64,000 nt of DNA from Clostridia bacterium (GTDB lineage Bacteria > Bacillota > Clostridia > Oscillospirales > Acutalibacteraceae), in assembly GCA_024404025.1 (NCBI GenBank), contig JAKSQP010000013.1:6258-70257 (forward strand), read 5' to 3'. The position numbers were made by a program, and so were the translations under genes. The notes beneath the pieces are model-generated. The model was not told the DNA's origin, did no database searches, and was given only the letters and a program-made list of their open reading frames with translations. Of this stretch, positions 38,593 to 48,452 are shown one piece after another (position 1 is the stretch's first letter; each line of letters opens with the position of its first letter).

Positions 38593-39213
38593 ATGGATAC
38601 AAACATCAAAGATTTATTTTCAAACTGGAAAACCGTTCCGAATCTTCTCTCATTTTTAAGAATTATCATGGTCCCGATTTTTGCGGTGCTTTTCTGCAAA
38701 GAATATTATGCGTGGTCGGTTTTCGTTCTCGCTCTCTCGGGACTCAGCGACTTTTTTGACGGAAAAATCGCAAGAAAATTCAATCAGATAAGCGCTCTCG
38801 GAAAAATCCTTGATCCCTGCGCCGATAAGCTCACCCAGATCACCATCGCAATCGTACTTTATCTCACATTCGCAGGTTCTTCCGATGAGCTTGTTAAAAA
38901 ATTCAGCTGGATTTTCCTCGTTTTCCTTATTAAAGAAGCTGTTATGGTAGTCGGCGCAGTGATTATGCTTGCTGCGGGTCTTCGCCCCGTTGCCGCAGAG
39001 CTTCCCGGAAAAATTGCGACCTTTGCATTCTATCTCATTATGATTGCAATTATCGCTTTCGGCCCCGATATCGGCATCATCTCCGTGGGTCTTATTCCTT
39101 CCGGACTTATGATTGCTCTTATCGTTATCAGCGCAATTCTTACTCTTGTTGCCTTTTTCAGCTATCTCCCCGGAGTTTTTCAGCAGGTCAAAGAGAAAAA
39201 GGCGAATAAATAA
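38593..39213 (+). CDS. CDP-alcohol phosphatidyltransferase (PgsA family)
   Basis: TVPNLLSFLRI and SDFFDGKIARKFNQISALGKILDPCADK signature. Confidence 0.92.
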   Translation: MDTNIKDLFSNWKTVPNLLSFLRIIMVPIFAVLFCKEYYAWSVFVLALSGLSDFFDGKIARKFNQISALGKILDPCADKLTQITIAIVLYLTFAGSSDELVKKFSWIFLVFLIKEAVMVVGAVIMLAAGLRPVAAELPGKIATFAFYLIMIAIIAFGPDIGIISVGLIPSGLMIALIVISAILTLVAFFSYLPGVFQQVKEKKANK

Positions 39214-39234
39214 TTTCAAAAAGGAAACTCAAAA

Positions 39235-41535
39235 ATGAAACAGGTTTTATGTGCAAAATGTCATAAACGCCCTGCAATGTTTTTCATAACAAAGGTTGAG
39301 GGCGAAAAGACTACTCAGGAAGGCCTTTGCATCAAGTGCGCAATGGAAATGAACATCGGCCCCGTGAAGCAGATCATGCAGAGCATGGGCATTTCGGAAG
39401 ATGAGCTTGATGAGGTCAGCGAGCAGTTTGAAGAGATGTTCGGCGAAGACGGCAGCTTTGAGCCGGGCGGCGCAGGAACATTCCCCCCGTTTCTTCAAAA
39501 CCTCGCCGCAATGAATGCAGGCGAAGAAAAAGATGAACAGATTTCCGCCGAAGCTCCCGCAGAGGGCGAAAAGAAAAAGAAGTGGGGCAAAAAGAATAAA
39601 GAAAACAAAGACGGTGACGCTAAAAAGCGAAAATTCCTCTCACAATACTGCACCGACCTCACCGCCAAGGCAAAAGCCGGAAAAATCGACCGCATAATTG
39701 GCAGAGAAAACGAAATCTACCGTGCGATTCAGATCCTTTGCAGAAGGACAAAAAACAATCCCTGCCTTATCGGTGAGCCGGGCGTAGGCAAAACCGCAAT
39801 TGCGGAAGGTCTTGCTCTCAAAATTGCTTCGGGTGAAGTGCCGGCAAAGCTTCAGTCAAAAGAAATCCATCTTCTTGACCTGACGGCTCTCGTTGCCGGA
39901 ACGCAGTTCAGAGGTCAGTTTGAAAGCAGGATCAAGGGCCTTATTGAGGAGGTCAAGAGCGAAGGAAACATCATTCTCTTTATTGATGAAGTGCATTCGC
40001 TCGTCGGCACCGGCGATGCGGAGGGCTCAATGAACGCCGCAAACATCCTCAAGCCCTCTCTTTCAAGAGGCGAAATTCAGATCATCGGCGCAACAACATT
40101 TACGGAATATCGTAAATATATTGAAAAGGACGCCGCTCTCGAACGCCGTCTTCAGCCTGTCAAGGTTGAAGAGCCCTCAATCGAACAGACCGCCGAAATG
40201 CTTAAGGGTGTTAAGGAATATTATGAAAACTTCCACAAAGTCAGAGTAAGCGATACGCTTATCGAAAAGGCCGCAGTGCTTTCCGAAAGATATATCAATG
40301 ATCGCTTCCTGCCGGACAAGGCAATTGACCTGCTTGATGAAGCCTGCACCTGCGCAAATCTTCGCAACAAAGCAATCAGCGATTATGAAGCCGCTCTTGC
40401 TGCAATTGAAGAGCTTGAAAGCAGCGAAGCAGCTCTGACCGAAACAACCGAAGAGGTTGATTACGAAGAAATAGCCAATGTCAAGAGCGAGCTTATAAAG
40501 AAGCGTGAAGAAGCCGCCGAGCTTGAAAAGCTTGCATCGGATAATTTTGTTACGGAGGATGATCTTGCAAAGGTCATTCAGCTCTGGACGGGAATTCCGG
40601 CAAGCAAGGTCATTGAAAGCGACCTTCGCCGCCTGAAAAATCTTGAAGAAAACCTTAAGGCAAAGCTTATCGGTCAGGATGAAGCCGTTTCGCTTGTCAG
40701 CGCCGCAATACGCAGGGGCAGAGTCCGGATAAATCCCCGCCGCAGACCCGCTTCCTTTATCTTTGTCGGCCCGACGGGAGTCGGCAAAACGGAGCTTGTC
40801 AAGCTGCTTGCCAAAGAGCTTTTTGACACTCCCGAAACTCTTATCAGACTTGATATGAGCGAATTTATGGAAAAGCATTCCGTATCAAGGATCATAGGTT
40901 CTCCTCCGGGATATGTAGGCTATGATGAAGCCGGTCAGCTCACGGAAAAGGTCCGCCGCAAGCCCTATTCGGTTGTTCTTTTTGACGAAATCGAAAAAGC
41001 ACACCCCGATGTTATGAATATCCTTCTTCAGATCCTTGACGAAGGAAAAATCAATGATGCACAGGGCAGAACGGTCAGCTTTGAAAACACCGTTATCATA
41101 ATGACCTCAAACGCAGGCAGCAACAGGGGCTCGGGCGCTCTCGGATTCGCAAAAACAAAAACAGAAGCATCAAAGGATAACGCTCTCAAAGCTCTTTCGG
41201 AATTTCTTCGCCCCGAATTCATCGGCAGAGTTGATGAGGTTGTTGTTTTCAATGACCTTACGCAGGAAAACTACGAAAAAATTGCCGCTCTTCTGCTTTC
41301 GGAGCTTGTTGAGCCTCTTGCTGACAAGGGCATTGCCTTTACATGGGACAACAAGGCATCCGAAGCCATCGCTCGCCTTTCAGTTGACGGCACAAGAGGA
41401 GCAAGAGACCTTCGCAATGTTATCCGCCGCAAGGTTGAGGATGTTATCACATCCAAAATCGTCAACGAAAGCGGAGAATTTAAAAAAATCATCGTAACGG
41501 CTGACGGCGATGAAATAATCTGCAATTTTTCATAA
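39235..41535 (+). CDS. ATP-dependent Clp protease ATPase, ClpE/ClpC class with an N-terminal Zn-binding domain
   Basis: CAKC...CIKC N-terminus; two AAA+ modules ([14 protein letters not shown]; [18 protein letters not shown]). Confidence 0.93.
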   Translation: MKQVLCAKCHKRPAMFFITKVEGEKTTQEGLCIKCAMEMNIGPVKQIMQSMGISEDELDEVSEQFEEMFGEDGSFEPGGAGTFPPFLQNLAAMNAGEEKDEQISAEAPAEGEKKKKWGKKNKENKDGDAKKRKFLSQYCTDLTAKAKAGKIDRIIGRENEIYRAIQILCRRTKNNPCLIGEPGVGKTAIAEGLALKIASGEVPAKLQSKEIHLLDLTALVAGTQFRGQFESRIKGLIEEVKSEGNIILFIDEVHSLVGTGDAEGSMNAANILKPSLSRGEIQIIGATTFTEYRKYIEKDAALERRLQPVKVEEPSIEQTAEMLKGVKEYYENFHKVRVSDTLIEKAAVLSERYINDRFLPDKAIDLLDEACTCANLRNKAISDYEAALAAIEELESSEAALTETTEEVDYEEIANVKSELIKKREEAAELEKLASDNFVTEDDLAKVIQLWTGIPASKVIESDLRRLKNLEENLKAKLIGQDEAVSLVSAAIRRGRVRINPRRRPASFIFVGPTGVGKTELVKLLAKELFDTPETLIRLDMSEFMEKHSVSRIIGSPPGYVGYDEAGQLTEKVRRKPYSVVLFDEIEKAHPDVMNILLQILDEGKINDAQGRTVSFENTVIIMTSNAGSNRGSGALGFAKTKTEASKDNALKALSEFLRPEFIGRVDEVVVFNDLTQENYEKIAALLLSELVEPLADKGIAFTWDNKASEAIARLSVDGTRGARDLRNVIRRKVEDVITSKIVNESGEFKKIIVTADGDEIICNFS

Positions 41536-41646
41536 AGCACAAAGAGGACTGTTTGTTTTTTAAAATCATGCAGTCCTTTTTCTATTGCATATTTATATAA
41601 AATGTGATAAAATTATACAAAAAATTACAGAAAAAGGATAAGTCAC

Positions 41647-42615
41647 ATGAAAAAGATTTCCGCTCTGTTCATCGCTTTGATTATCACCTTTATTTTTTCG
41701 TTCAATTCTTTTTCCTTTGATATAAACCTTGACGGAAAAGACGGCGGAACAGAATGGGTTGGCGCAGAAATGATTACGCCTATCAACGGCGAAAGCCACA
41801 GCGGAATCGACCTTGCCATTCTGAAATATTTTGTTGATTACGAAACATACGACTTATGGATGTGCATTATGCTTCGTGACAAAAATATGAAACCGGATGA
41901 CGAGGATCTTAAAATCATCATATTTGCCGAAAATGAAGAAATCGAAATAAAGCCGTCAGACGGAAGTACTTACACAAATAACGAAAAATATCTTCTCGAT
42001 TCCGAATCCTCCGTTAACCTTAACGGCACAACAACAGAAATCCGGCTCGGCATAAAAAACGGGATCCCCGATGAATATAAATTCCGAATCCGCTTTGCCG
42101 ATGCAAACGGAGATTTGAGCAATATCAAGGATGTTATAATAAGAAAATCCGTGCCTTCAACAACAAAAGAGGCCGAAACAACAAAAGCCGAAAAGAAAAC
42201 CGAAAAATCCACAACGAAAAAAGTTACGGAAACAACATCCCGTGCCGAACGCACAACAAAAGAAAAAACAACGAAAATGCGCACAACAAAGGCAACAACG
42301 GTAAAGGTCACAACAACAGCTTCTCCCGTAACCTCAAAACCCGCAAAAACAACGAAGCCTGCGAAAACAACAAAGCCCGGGAAATCAACAACCGCCAAAG
42401 CGCAAAAGAACATCGCGGAAAAATCGACGGCAGCGCAGGCATTTCCGATTGAAAGCACAGCTCCGGCTATGCCAAACGAAACCACATCGGCGGCAATTAA
42501 CAGCTCCCTTTCGGCTGCCGAAAAATATAAAACCATCATCTTTGCATCCGGTGCGGCGGCGCTGATTCTGATTGCCTCCCTCTCCGTTCTCGGCGCAAAA
42601 AAGAAAGAAGAATAA
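41647..42615 (+). CDS. Hypothetical exported protein with a T/K-rich linker and C-terminal TM anchor
   Basis: Signal peptide MKKISALFIALIITFIFSFNSFS, KTTKP repeats, C-terminal hydrophobic helix followed by KKKEE. Confidence 0.75.
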   Translation: MKKISALFIALIITFIFSFNSFSFDINLDGKDGGTEWVGAEMITPINGESHSGIDLAILKYFVDYETYDLWMCIMLRDKNMKPDDEDLKIIIFAENEEIEIKPSDGSTYTNNEKYLLDSESSVNLNGTTTEIRLGIKNGIPDEYKFRIRFADANGDLSNIKDVIIRKSVPSTTKEAETTKAEKKTEKSTTKKVTETTSRAERTTKEKTTKMRTTKATTVKVTTTASPVTSKPAKTTKPAKTTKPGKSTTAKAQKNIAEKSTAAQAFPIESTAPAMPNETTSAAINSSLSAAEKYKTIIFASGAAALILIASLSVLGAKKKEE

Positions 42616-42617
42616 AA

Positions 42618-43469
42618 ATGTATTATTTAATAGTATTGTCAGCGGTAACAATGTTCGCTTTTCAGATTTTATTCAGCGAAAGATACGAAAATAAAAACGG
42701 AAATTCTTTCGCCGCAGTTCTGAAATTTATAATCACAGCGCATTCAACGGGATTCGTTATTATGTTTGCAATGAACAAATTCAGGCTTGAGCTGACCCCG
42801 TTTTCGCTTACTGTTGCCGCCTGCGCCGCAATCAATATCTTTCTTTTCAATATATGCAGTATCAAATCATTCAGCAAAATCAATATTTCTCTTTATTCCG
42901 TTATCTGCACTCTCGGCGGAATGGTTCTTCCGTTTCTGGCAGGAATTTTCTTCTATGATGAGGAAATCACTGCCGGCAAGATTCTCTGCATCATTCTGAT
43001 CATCCCCGCTCTGATTCTTACCGTCAACAAGGATAACTCCAAAGGCGGGCTCATCTATTACATCGGCGTCTTCATAACAAACGGTATGTCCGGCGTATAT
43101 TCAAAATTCTATCAGAGCGGAAACTATGAAAAGGCAAGCGAAGCGGGTTATTCGCTTCAGATTGCCGCAATCGCAGTTATCATCTGCGCAATAATGCTCA
43201 TATTCGTGAAGGATAAAAAGCCGAAAATGACTGCCGTTCCGGCACTTTTTGCTTCCGGCTTCGGAGTCCTTAACAGCATAGGCAATTTCCTGCTCCTTAT
43301 CGGGTTGACTCAGCTTCCCGCATCGGCGCAATATCCTTTTGTAACGGGCGGAATAATGATCATCTCAACCATAATCTGCTGCTTCACGAAAAACAAACCC
43401 GGCAAGCGTGACTTTATTTCGGTTGCCCTCTCACTCATTGCAATCCTTGCACTTGTTTTTATTAAATAA
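42618..43469 (+). CDS. EamA/DMT superfamily transporter
   Basis: 283 aa with about 10 TM helices in two repeats; 'LPASAQYPFVTGG' motif. Confidence 0.8.
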   Translation: MYYLIVLSAVTMFAFQILFSERYENKNGNSFAAVLKFIITAHSTGFVIMFAMNKFRLELTPFSLTVAACAAINIFLFNICSIKSFSKINISLYSVICTLGGMVLPFLAGIFFYDEEITAGKILCIILIIPALILTVNKDNSKGGLIYYIGVFITNGMSGVYSKFYQSGNYEKASEAGYSLQIAAIAVIICAIMLIFVKDKKPKMTAVPALFASGFGVLNSIGNFLLLIGLTQLPASAQYPFVTGGIMIISTIICCFTKNKPGKRDFISVALSLIAILALVFIK

Positions 43470-43584
43470 CAATTTGAATTTATTATAAAAATTTTTTAAA
43501 AACATAAAATAATGCTTAACTTTTTCGCTTTTTTGTGATATACTATCATTGATTGACAATATCTGCACTTTTAAGTAATAATCC

Positions 43585-43801
43585 GAACCCACCTTGAATC
43601 CGGCTCTTTTTCCGCCTGACAGCGTTATCGTCATTGCAAGGCATCAAGCCTTGCTGCTTACTCTTCCCTGTCATACGAAAAAGCATCTCAAATTCAAGGC
43701 AAGTTTTATTTTGCTTCAGAGTAGTTATATGCGAGGCGACCTTTGTGCATTGCGAATGAAGGCAACGAAGCAGATGACTGCTTTAAAACAAAAATGGGTT
43801 C
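43585..43801 (+). ncRNA. Candidate structured RNA or cis-regulatory leader (long irregular rod)
   Basis: Nested complementarity: 43585-43591/43795-43801, 43623-43654/43731-43767, 43659-43664/43718-43723, and a local hairpin 43768-43783. Extended -10 TGaTATACT at 43536-43544. Confidence 0.4.
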
Positions 43802-43835
43802 ATTAATCAGGCAAACATATTCAGGAGTTTTCATT

Positions 43836-45191
43836 ATGGCAAAGAAAAAAGACGATTATGAAGATATTTCGAGTTACAGCAAACGCTCGCATATCAAATA
43901 TAAAGCAGAAAATGCCAGGCAGAGAGCAAAGAATAAAATCGACAAAAGCAGCAACAAGAGCTTCAAGATAATTCTCGGAATTCTCATTTCGCTCATCATC
44001 GTTGTTTCCGCCCTCGGCGGCGCTTATATAAGAAAAGTTCTTTCTCTTATCAACCACGATGCCGGCAACAACGGCAACCCCGATGCAACCTTTGTTGATG
44101 ACACCGAAGAGGATCTGAATTTCAGCACGATTTATGATGTTGAAAGCGCCGATTCGATCAAGGATCTGATCAAATCCTGGGCGCTCAACGGCGGCGAAAA
44201 AATGTACAGCAAGCATGTTATCAATGTGCTTCTTATAGGCGAAGATAATGAAGACGGCTCCCACCGCTCGGATTCCTGCATTCTTGCTTCCGTCAACACC
44301 GTGGCCAAAAAGATCACTCTTGTTTCGTTTTTGCGTGATACCTACACATATATGGATATCAACGGCACGGAAAGATATGACAAAACAAACCATACCTATT
44401 CCTGGGGCGGCGCAGCAAAGCTGATGGAAGTTCTTTCCAACAACTATAAAGTTAAAATCGACTATTATGTTTCAATAAACTTTGAATCATTCAGAAAAGT
44501 TATTGATATTCTCGGCGGTGTAACTGTTCCGATAACCGAAAAGGAAGCCGCTTTTATGAACCGCACAACAAGATGCAAGGGCTTTGAGGCAGGCGAAGCA
44601 GTCACTCTCAACGGCGAAAGAGCTTTGATTTTCTCAAGAATCAGAAAGCTTGACAGCGAAATTGAAAGAACGAGAAGGCAGAGATGCGTTATCAATTCCG
44701 TTATTTCAAATTTCAAAGCATCATCGTTGAGCGATCTCAACAAGGCAATCGAAACATTCCTTCCTTATGTTACAACAAATATGAAAACCTCCGATATTCT
44801 TTCTTACGGCACCCAGGCTCTGCGTGAAAACTGGCTCGGCTATAAGATAGAGGGAATGGTTGAGCCGAGCGAAGATATTATGGTCGGTGTAAGCGGATTC
44901 AGAACCTATTCGGGATATCTTGATGTCTGGATCGCCGACTATGTAAAGGCCGCAAGAGAAGTTCAGCTTGCCCTTTATAACAACACCAATATCGAAATCA
45001 ATCCCGAAACTCATATTTCGGCAATTGACCTTCTTTCCTCTTCACAGAAAGCGGAAGCCGATTATTACGGCGGCAACGATTACGAAAACGACGATAAAGA
45101 ATCAACAAAAAAGAGATATATTTCGGAGCTGATAGATAACTGGGAAAGACCAACTTTCTATTCAAGAAACAGCGGCCAGGAAGAAGAATAA
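43836..45191 (+). CDS. LCP (LytR-CpsA-Psr) family glycopolymer transferase
   Basis: TM helix; NVLLIGED..GSHRSDS.IL, SFLRDTY, LIFSRIRK.DSEIERTRRQR motifs. Start set at ATG 43836 (RBS AGGAG). Confidence 0.92.
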   Translation: MAKKKDDYEDISSYSKRSHIKYKAENARQRAKNKIDKSSNKSFKIILGILISLIIVVSALGGAYIRKVLSLINHDAGNNGNPDATFVDDTEEDLNFSTIYDVESADSIKDLIKSWALNGGEKMYSKHVINVLLIGEDNEDGSHRSDSCILASVNTVAKKITLVSFLRDTYTYMDINGTERYDKTNHTYSWGGAAKLMEVLSNNYKVKIDYYVSINFESFRKVIDILGGVTVPITEKEAAFMNRTTRCKGFEAGEAVTLNGERALIFSRIRKLDSEIERTRRQRCVINSVISNFKASSLSDLNKAIETFLPYVTTNMKTSDILSYGTQALRENWLGYKIEGMVEPSEDIMVGVSGFRTYSGYLDVWIADYVKAAREVQLALYNNTNIEINPETHISAIDLLSSSQKAEADYYGGNDYENDDKESTKKRYISELIDNWERPTFYSRNSGQEEE

Positions 45192-45200
45192 ATCATCAAC

Positions 45201-45238
45201 AGGCAGATGTGCTTTATGCACACCTGCCTTGTTTTTTT
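45201..45238 (+). terminator. Intrinsic terminator after the LCP gene
   Basis: AGGCAGATGTGC / GCACACCTGCCT stem followed by TGTTTTTTT. Confidence 0.75.
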
Positions 45239-45321
45239 CCGTGAACGATCATCACAATAATCGTTTTTCGGCAATTTCAAATGTGATTTTTTACATCACA
45301 GAAGAAACTTTTATGCAGACC

Positions 45322-45368
45322 TTGACAAACCGATTTTGTTCTGCTAATATAGTTAGCGGAGGCTAACT
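45322..45368 (+). promoter_or_regulatory. feo promoter with a DtxR/MntR-type operator
   Basis: TTGACA (45322-45327), 17 nt, TAATAT (45345-45350), then the inverted repeat AGTTAGC-GGAG-GCTAACT (45351-45368; TTAG-N6-CTAA). Confidence 0.65.
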
Positions 45369-45386
45369 GATGTTTGGAGTGATAAA

Positions 45387-47741
45387 ATGACACTGCGTGA
45401 ATTGAAAACGGGAGAAACGGCAAAGATAACGGCTGTCGGCGGCGAAGGATCGTTAAGGCAGCATTTTCTTGATATGGGAGTAATTCCCGGAGCAAATGTC
45501 AGGTTGATAAAATTTGCTCCGATGGGAGATCCGATGGAGCTGCTGATTCACGGTTACGAACTTACATTAAGGCTTGCCGATGCCGAAAAAATAGAAATTG
45601 AGCCCGTAAAAGAAAAAAACAATTTATCCGAAGAAACAAAAATTTCACAAGCCGTTCTTATGCAGGAGCATCCCGGCTACGGTGAGAACGGAAAATACCA
45701 TGTTAAGGCAGATGAAAACCCGCTCCCGAAGGGAACAATCCTGACCTTTGCGCTCGCCGGCAATCAGAACTGCGGAAAAACCACTCTCTTCAATCAGCTT
45801 ACCGGCTCAAACCAGCATGTCGGCAACTTTCCCGGAGTTACGGTGGACAGAAAAAGCGGCTCAATAAAAGGCAATCCTGATACGCTCGTTACGGACCTGC
45901 CCGGAATCTATTCCCTCTCGCCATATACGGCAGAAGAAATTGTTTCAAGAGAATTCATAATCAACGAAAAACCGACGGGCATAATAAATATTGTTGACGC
46001 AACAAATATTGAAAGAAACCTTTATCTCACGCTTCAGCTTATGGAGCTGAACGTGCCGATAGTGCTTGCTCTCAATATGATGGACGAGGTCAGAGGCAAC
46101 GGCGGCACTATCCATATCAACAAGATGGAAGAAATGCTCGGCATCCCGGTTGTGCCGATTTCAGCAGCAAAGAACGAAGGCGTTGACGAGCTTATCAGGC
46201 ACGCTCTTCACATTGCAAAATATCAGGAACATCCGGGCAGAACGGATTTCTGCAGCAAGGATAAAAACGGAGGCGCAGTTCACAGATGTCTCCACAGCAT
46301 TATGCACCTTATTGAAGACCACGCAGGTGAAAAGGGAATCCCCGTCAGATTTGCCGCAAGCAAGCTCGTTGAGGGCGATGAAAGAGTTCTTGAAGCGCTT
46401 GAGCTGACGCAGAACGAAAAAGAAATGATTGAGCATATCGTTCTTCAGATGGAGGAAGAACGAGGACTTGACTGCTCCGCTGCCATTGCGGATATGAGAT
46501 TCTCATTCATTCAGGATCTCTGCGACGAAACCGTTGTAAAGCCGCAGGAAAGCATTGAGCATAAACGGAGCGGAAAAATTGATAAGCTCCTTACCGGCAA
46601 ATATACCGCCATCCCCTCCTTCATTCTCATTATGGGTCTTGTTTTCTTCCTGACCTTCAATGTTATCGGAGCATGGCTTCAGAATTTGCTCGAAACCGGA
46701 ATAGAATCTTTCACTTCTTTCGTTGATTCTGCGCTCACGGCGATGAATGTTAACGAGGTTGTTCATTCGCTTGTTATTGACGGAATTTTTGCAGGAGTCG
46801 GCAGCGTGTTGAGCTTTGTGCCGATAATCGTTGTGCTTTTCTTCTTCCTTTCGATGCTTGAAGACAGCGGATATATGGCGAGAGTTGCGTTTGTGACCGA
46901 TAAGCTTCTTCGCAAAATCGGTCTTTCCGGCAGAAGCATCGTGCCGATGCTCATAGGCTTCGGCTGCACGGTGCCGGGGGTTATGGCGAGCCGCACTCTC
47001 CCCTCCGAAAGAGACAGAAAGCTCACAATAATGCTCACTCCGTTTATGAGCTGCACGGCAAAGCTTCCCGTTTACGGCTTCCTTGCAAACGCATTCTTTC
47101 CGAAATACAGCGGACTTATCATGATAGGTCTGTATCTTCTCGGAATCATCGTCGGCATTCTTTTTGCCCTGATTTCAAAGAACACGCTTTTCAAGGGTGA
47201 GGCAGTTCCGTTCGTTATGGAGCTTCCCAATTACCGTTTGCCCGGAGCAAAGAATGTTGCAATGCTTCTCTGGGACAAGGCAAAGGATTTCATTCAGAGA
47301 GCCTTTACGGTTATTTTTGTTGCTTCAATCGCAGTATGGGTGCTTCAGACATTCGATTTCAGCTTCGGCATTGTTGAAGATTCGCAAAACAGCATTCTTG
47401 CAAAGCTTGCGGGCTTTATCGCACCCGTATTCAAACTTCACGGCTTTGCCGACTGGCGCATAATCACCGCTCTTATCGCAGGCTTTATGGCAAAAGAAAG
47501 TGTTGTTTCAACCCTTTCAGTCCTTATCGGCGGAGCTTCGGTCGTTTCGCTCATCTCCCCTGCTTCCTCGCTTTCTTTGCTCGTTTTCTGCCTGCTTTAT
47601 ACGCCCTGCGTTGCGGCAATCGCTTCGATCAAGCGTGAGCTCGGAGCAAAATGGGCAATCGGCATTGTTTTTATGCAATGCGCAATAGCGTGGGTATCTG
47701 CGCTGATAATCAGAGCTGTTGCATTGGTGGCGGGAATATGA
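45387..47741 (+). CDS. feoB: Ferrous iron transporter FeoB with a fused N-terminal FeoA domain
   Basis: FeoA motif LDMGVIPG...APMGDP; G domain GNQNCGKTT, GNFPGVTVD, DLPGIYSL; gate motifs FGCTVPG and PFMSCTAKLPVY. Confidence 0.96.
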   Translation: MTLRELKTGETAKITAVGGEGSLRQHFLDMGVIPGANVRLIKFAPMGDPMELLIHGYELTLRLADAEKIEIEPVKEKNNLSEETKISQAVLMQEHPGYGENGKYHVKADENPLPKGTILTFALAGNQNCGKTTLFNQLTGSNQHVGNFPGVTVDRKSGSIKGNPDTLVTDLPGIYSLSPYTAEEIVSREFIINEKPTGIINIVDATNIERNLYLTLQLMELNVPIVLALNMMDEVRGNGGTIHINKMEEMLGIPVVPISAAKNEGVDELIRHALHIAKYQEHPGRTDFCSKDKNGGAVHRCLHSIMHLIEDHAGEKGIPVRFAASKLVEGDERVLEALELTQNEKEMIEHIVLQMEEERGLDCSAAIADMRFSFIQDLCDETVVKPQESIEHKRSGKIDKLLTGKYTAIPSFILIMGLVFFLTFNVIGAWLQNLLETGIESFTSFVDSALTAMNVNEVVHSLVIDGIFAGVGSVLSFVPIIVVLFFFLSMLEDSGYMARVAFVTDKLLRKIGLSGRSIVPMLIGFGCTVPGVMASRTLPSERDRKLTIMLTPFMSCTAKLPVYGFLANAFFPKYSGLIMIGLYLLGIIVGILFALISKNTLFKGEAVPFVMELPNYRLPGAKNVAMLLWDKAKDFIQRAFTVIFVASIAVWVLQTFDFSFGIVEDSQNSILAKLAGFIAPVFKLHGFADWRIITALIAGFMAKESVVSTLSVLIGGASVVSLISPASSLSLLVFCLLYTPCVAAIASIKRELGAKWAIGIVFMQCAIAWVSALIIRAVALVAGI

Positions 47742-47887
47742 ATATTCAAAGCATAATCATAATTCTTATCATCGCCGCGGCGGTCATTGCCGCAGCAGTA
47801 TATATAGTAAAAAGCAAAAATAAATGCTCCGGATGCAGCGGAGACTGCTCATCCTGCGGCGGATGCGAAAAACAAAAAAGACAGTAG
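47738..47887 (+). CDS. FeoB-associated Cys-rich small membrane protein
   Basis: 49 aa; one TM helix followed by CSGCSGDCSSC; overlaps the feoB stop. Confidence 0.85.
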   Translation: MNIQSIIIILIIAAAVIAAAVYIVKSKNKCSGCSGDCSSCGGCEKQKRQ

Positions 47888-47962
47888 ATTAATATATCGC
47901 TGACCGCCCAATGTATTTTTTCTTTTTTTCGTGAAATAATAATCGGGAAAGCCGGTGATTAA

Positions 47963-48397
47963 ATGACGGAAAAAGAATATAAAAAAATGGCGGAAAAAGC
48001 TTCTCCTCCGACGGCGAAAATAAAAAACGCCGCATGCGCATACATTTTCGGAGGCGGAATATGCTCAATCGGCGAGGGCTTTCGTCTGCTCTATGAAAGG
48101 CTCGGATTGAGCGAAGATGCCGTCAGGCTTCTCGTACCGGTCAGCCTGATCATAATAGCCGCAGTTCTGACGGCAATGGGATTATTCGACAGAATAGCGA
48201 GAATCGCAGGAGCGGGAACGATAGTTCCGATAACGGGTTTCGCTAACGCAATCGTTTCCCCCGCAATGGAATTTCAGAGCGAAGGCAAAATTCTCGGTAC
48301 CGGTGCGCAGATGTTTCGCATCGCAGGCCCCGTTCTTGTTTACGGAACGGCAGCCGCATTTATTTACGGAGTAATTTATTTTATAGTAACAAAATAA
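47963..48397 (+). CDS. spoVAC: Stage V sporulation protein AC
   Basis: SPP...AYIFGGGIC.IG, AGAGTIVPITGFANAIVSPAMEF and IAGPVLVYG motifs. Confidence 0.92.
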   Translation: MTEKEYKKMAEKASPPTAKIKNAACAYIFGGGICSIGEGFRLLYERLGLSEDAVRLLVPVSLIIIAAVLTAMGLFDRIARIAGAGTIVPITGFANAIVSPAMEFQSEGKILGTGAQMFRIAGPVLVYGTAAAFIYGVIYFIVTK

Positions 48398-48436
48398 AAA
48401 TCCGGGTTGAAAGCTTTTAACTTTCAGCCCGGATTT
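48398..48436. terminator. Bidirectional intrinsic terminator
   Basis: AAATCCGGGTTGAAAG / CTTTCAGCCCGGATTT between convergent genes. Confidence 0.8.
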
Positions 48437-48452
48437 GATATTGTTTTTTAAA

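Noticed and set aside
42160-42420. ACAAC/AAAAC-rich imperfect repeats as a contingency locus
   Set aside because: They simply encode a degenerate Thr/Lys-rich linker (KTTKP) and are in frame, not a perfect slippage tract.
43585-43801. The structured region as a T-box, RNase P RNA, SRP RNA or cobalamin riboswitch
   Set aside because: It lacks the T-box GGTGGNACC, RNase P GAGGAAAGTCC, SRP TCAGGTCCGGAAGGAAGCAGC and B12-box motifs; only partial look-alikes are present.
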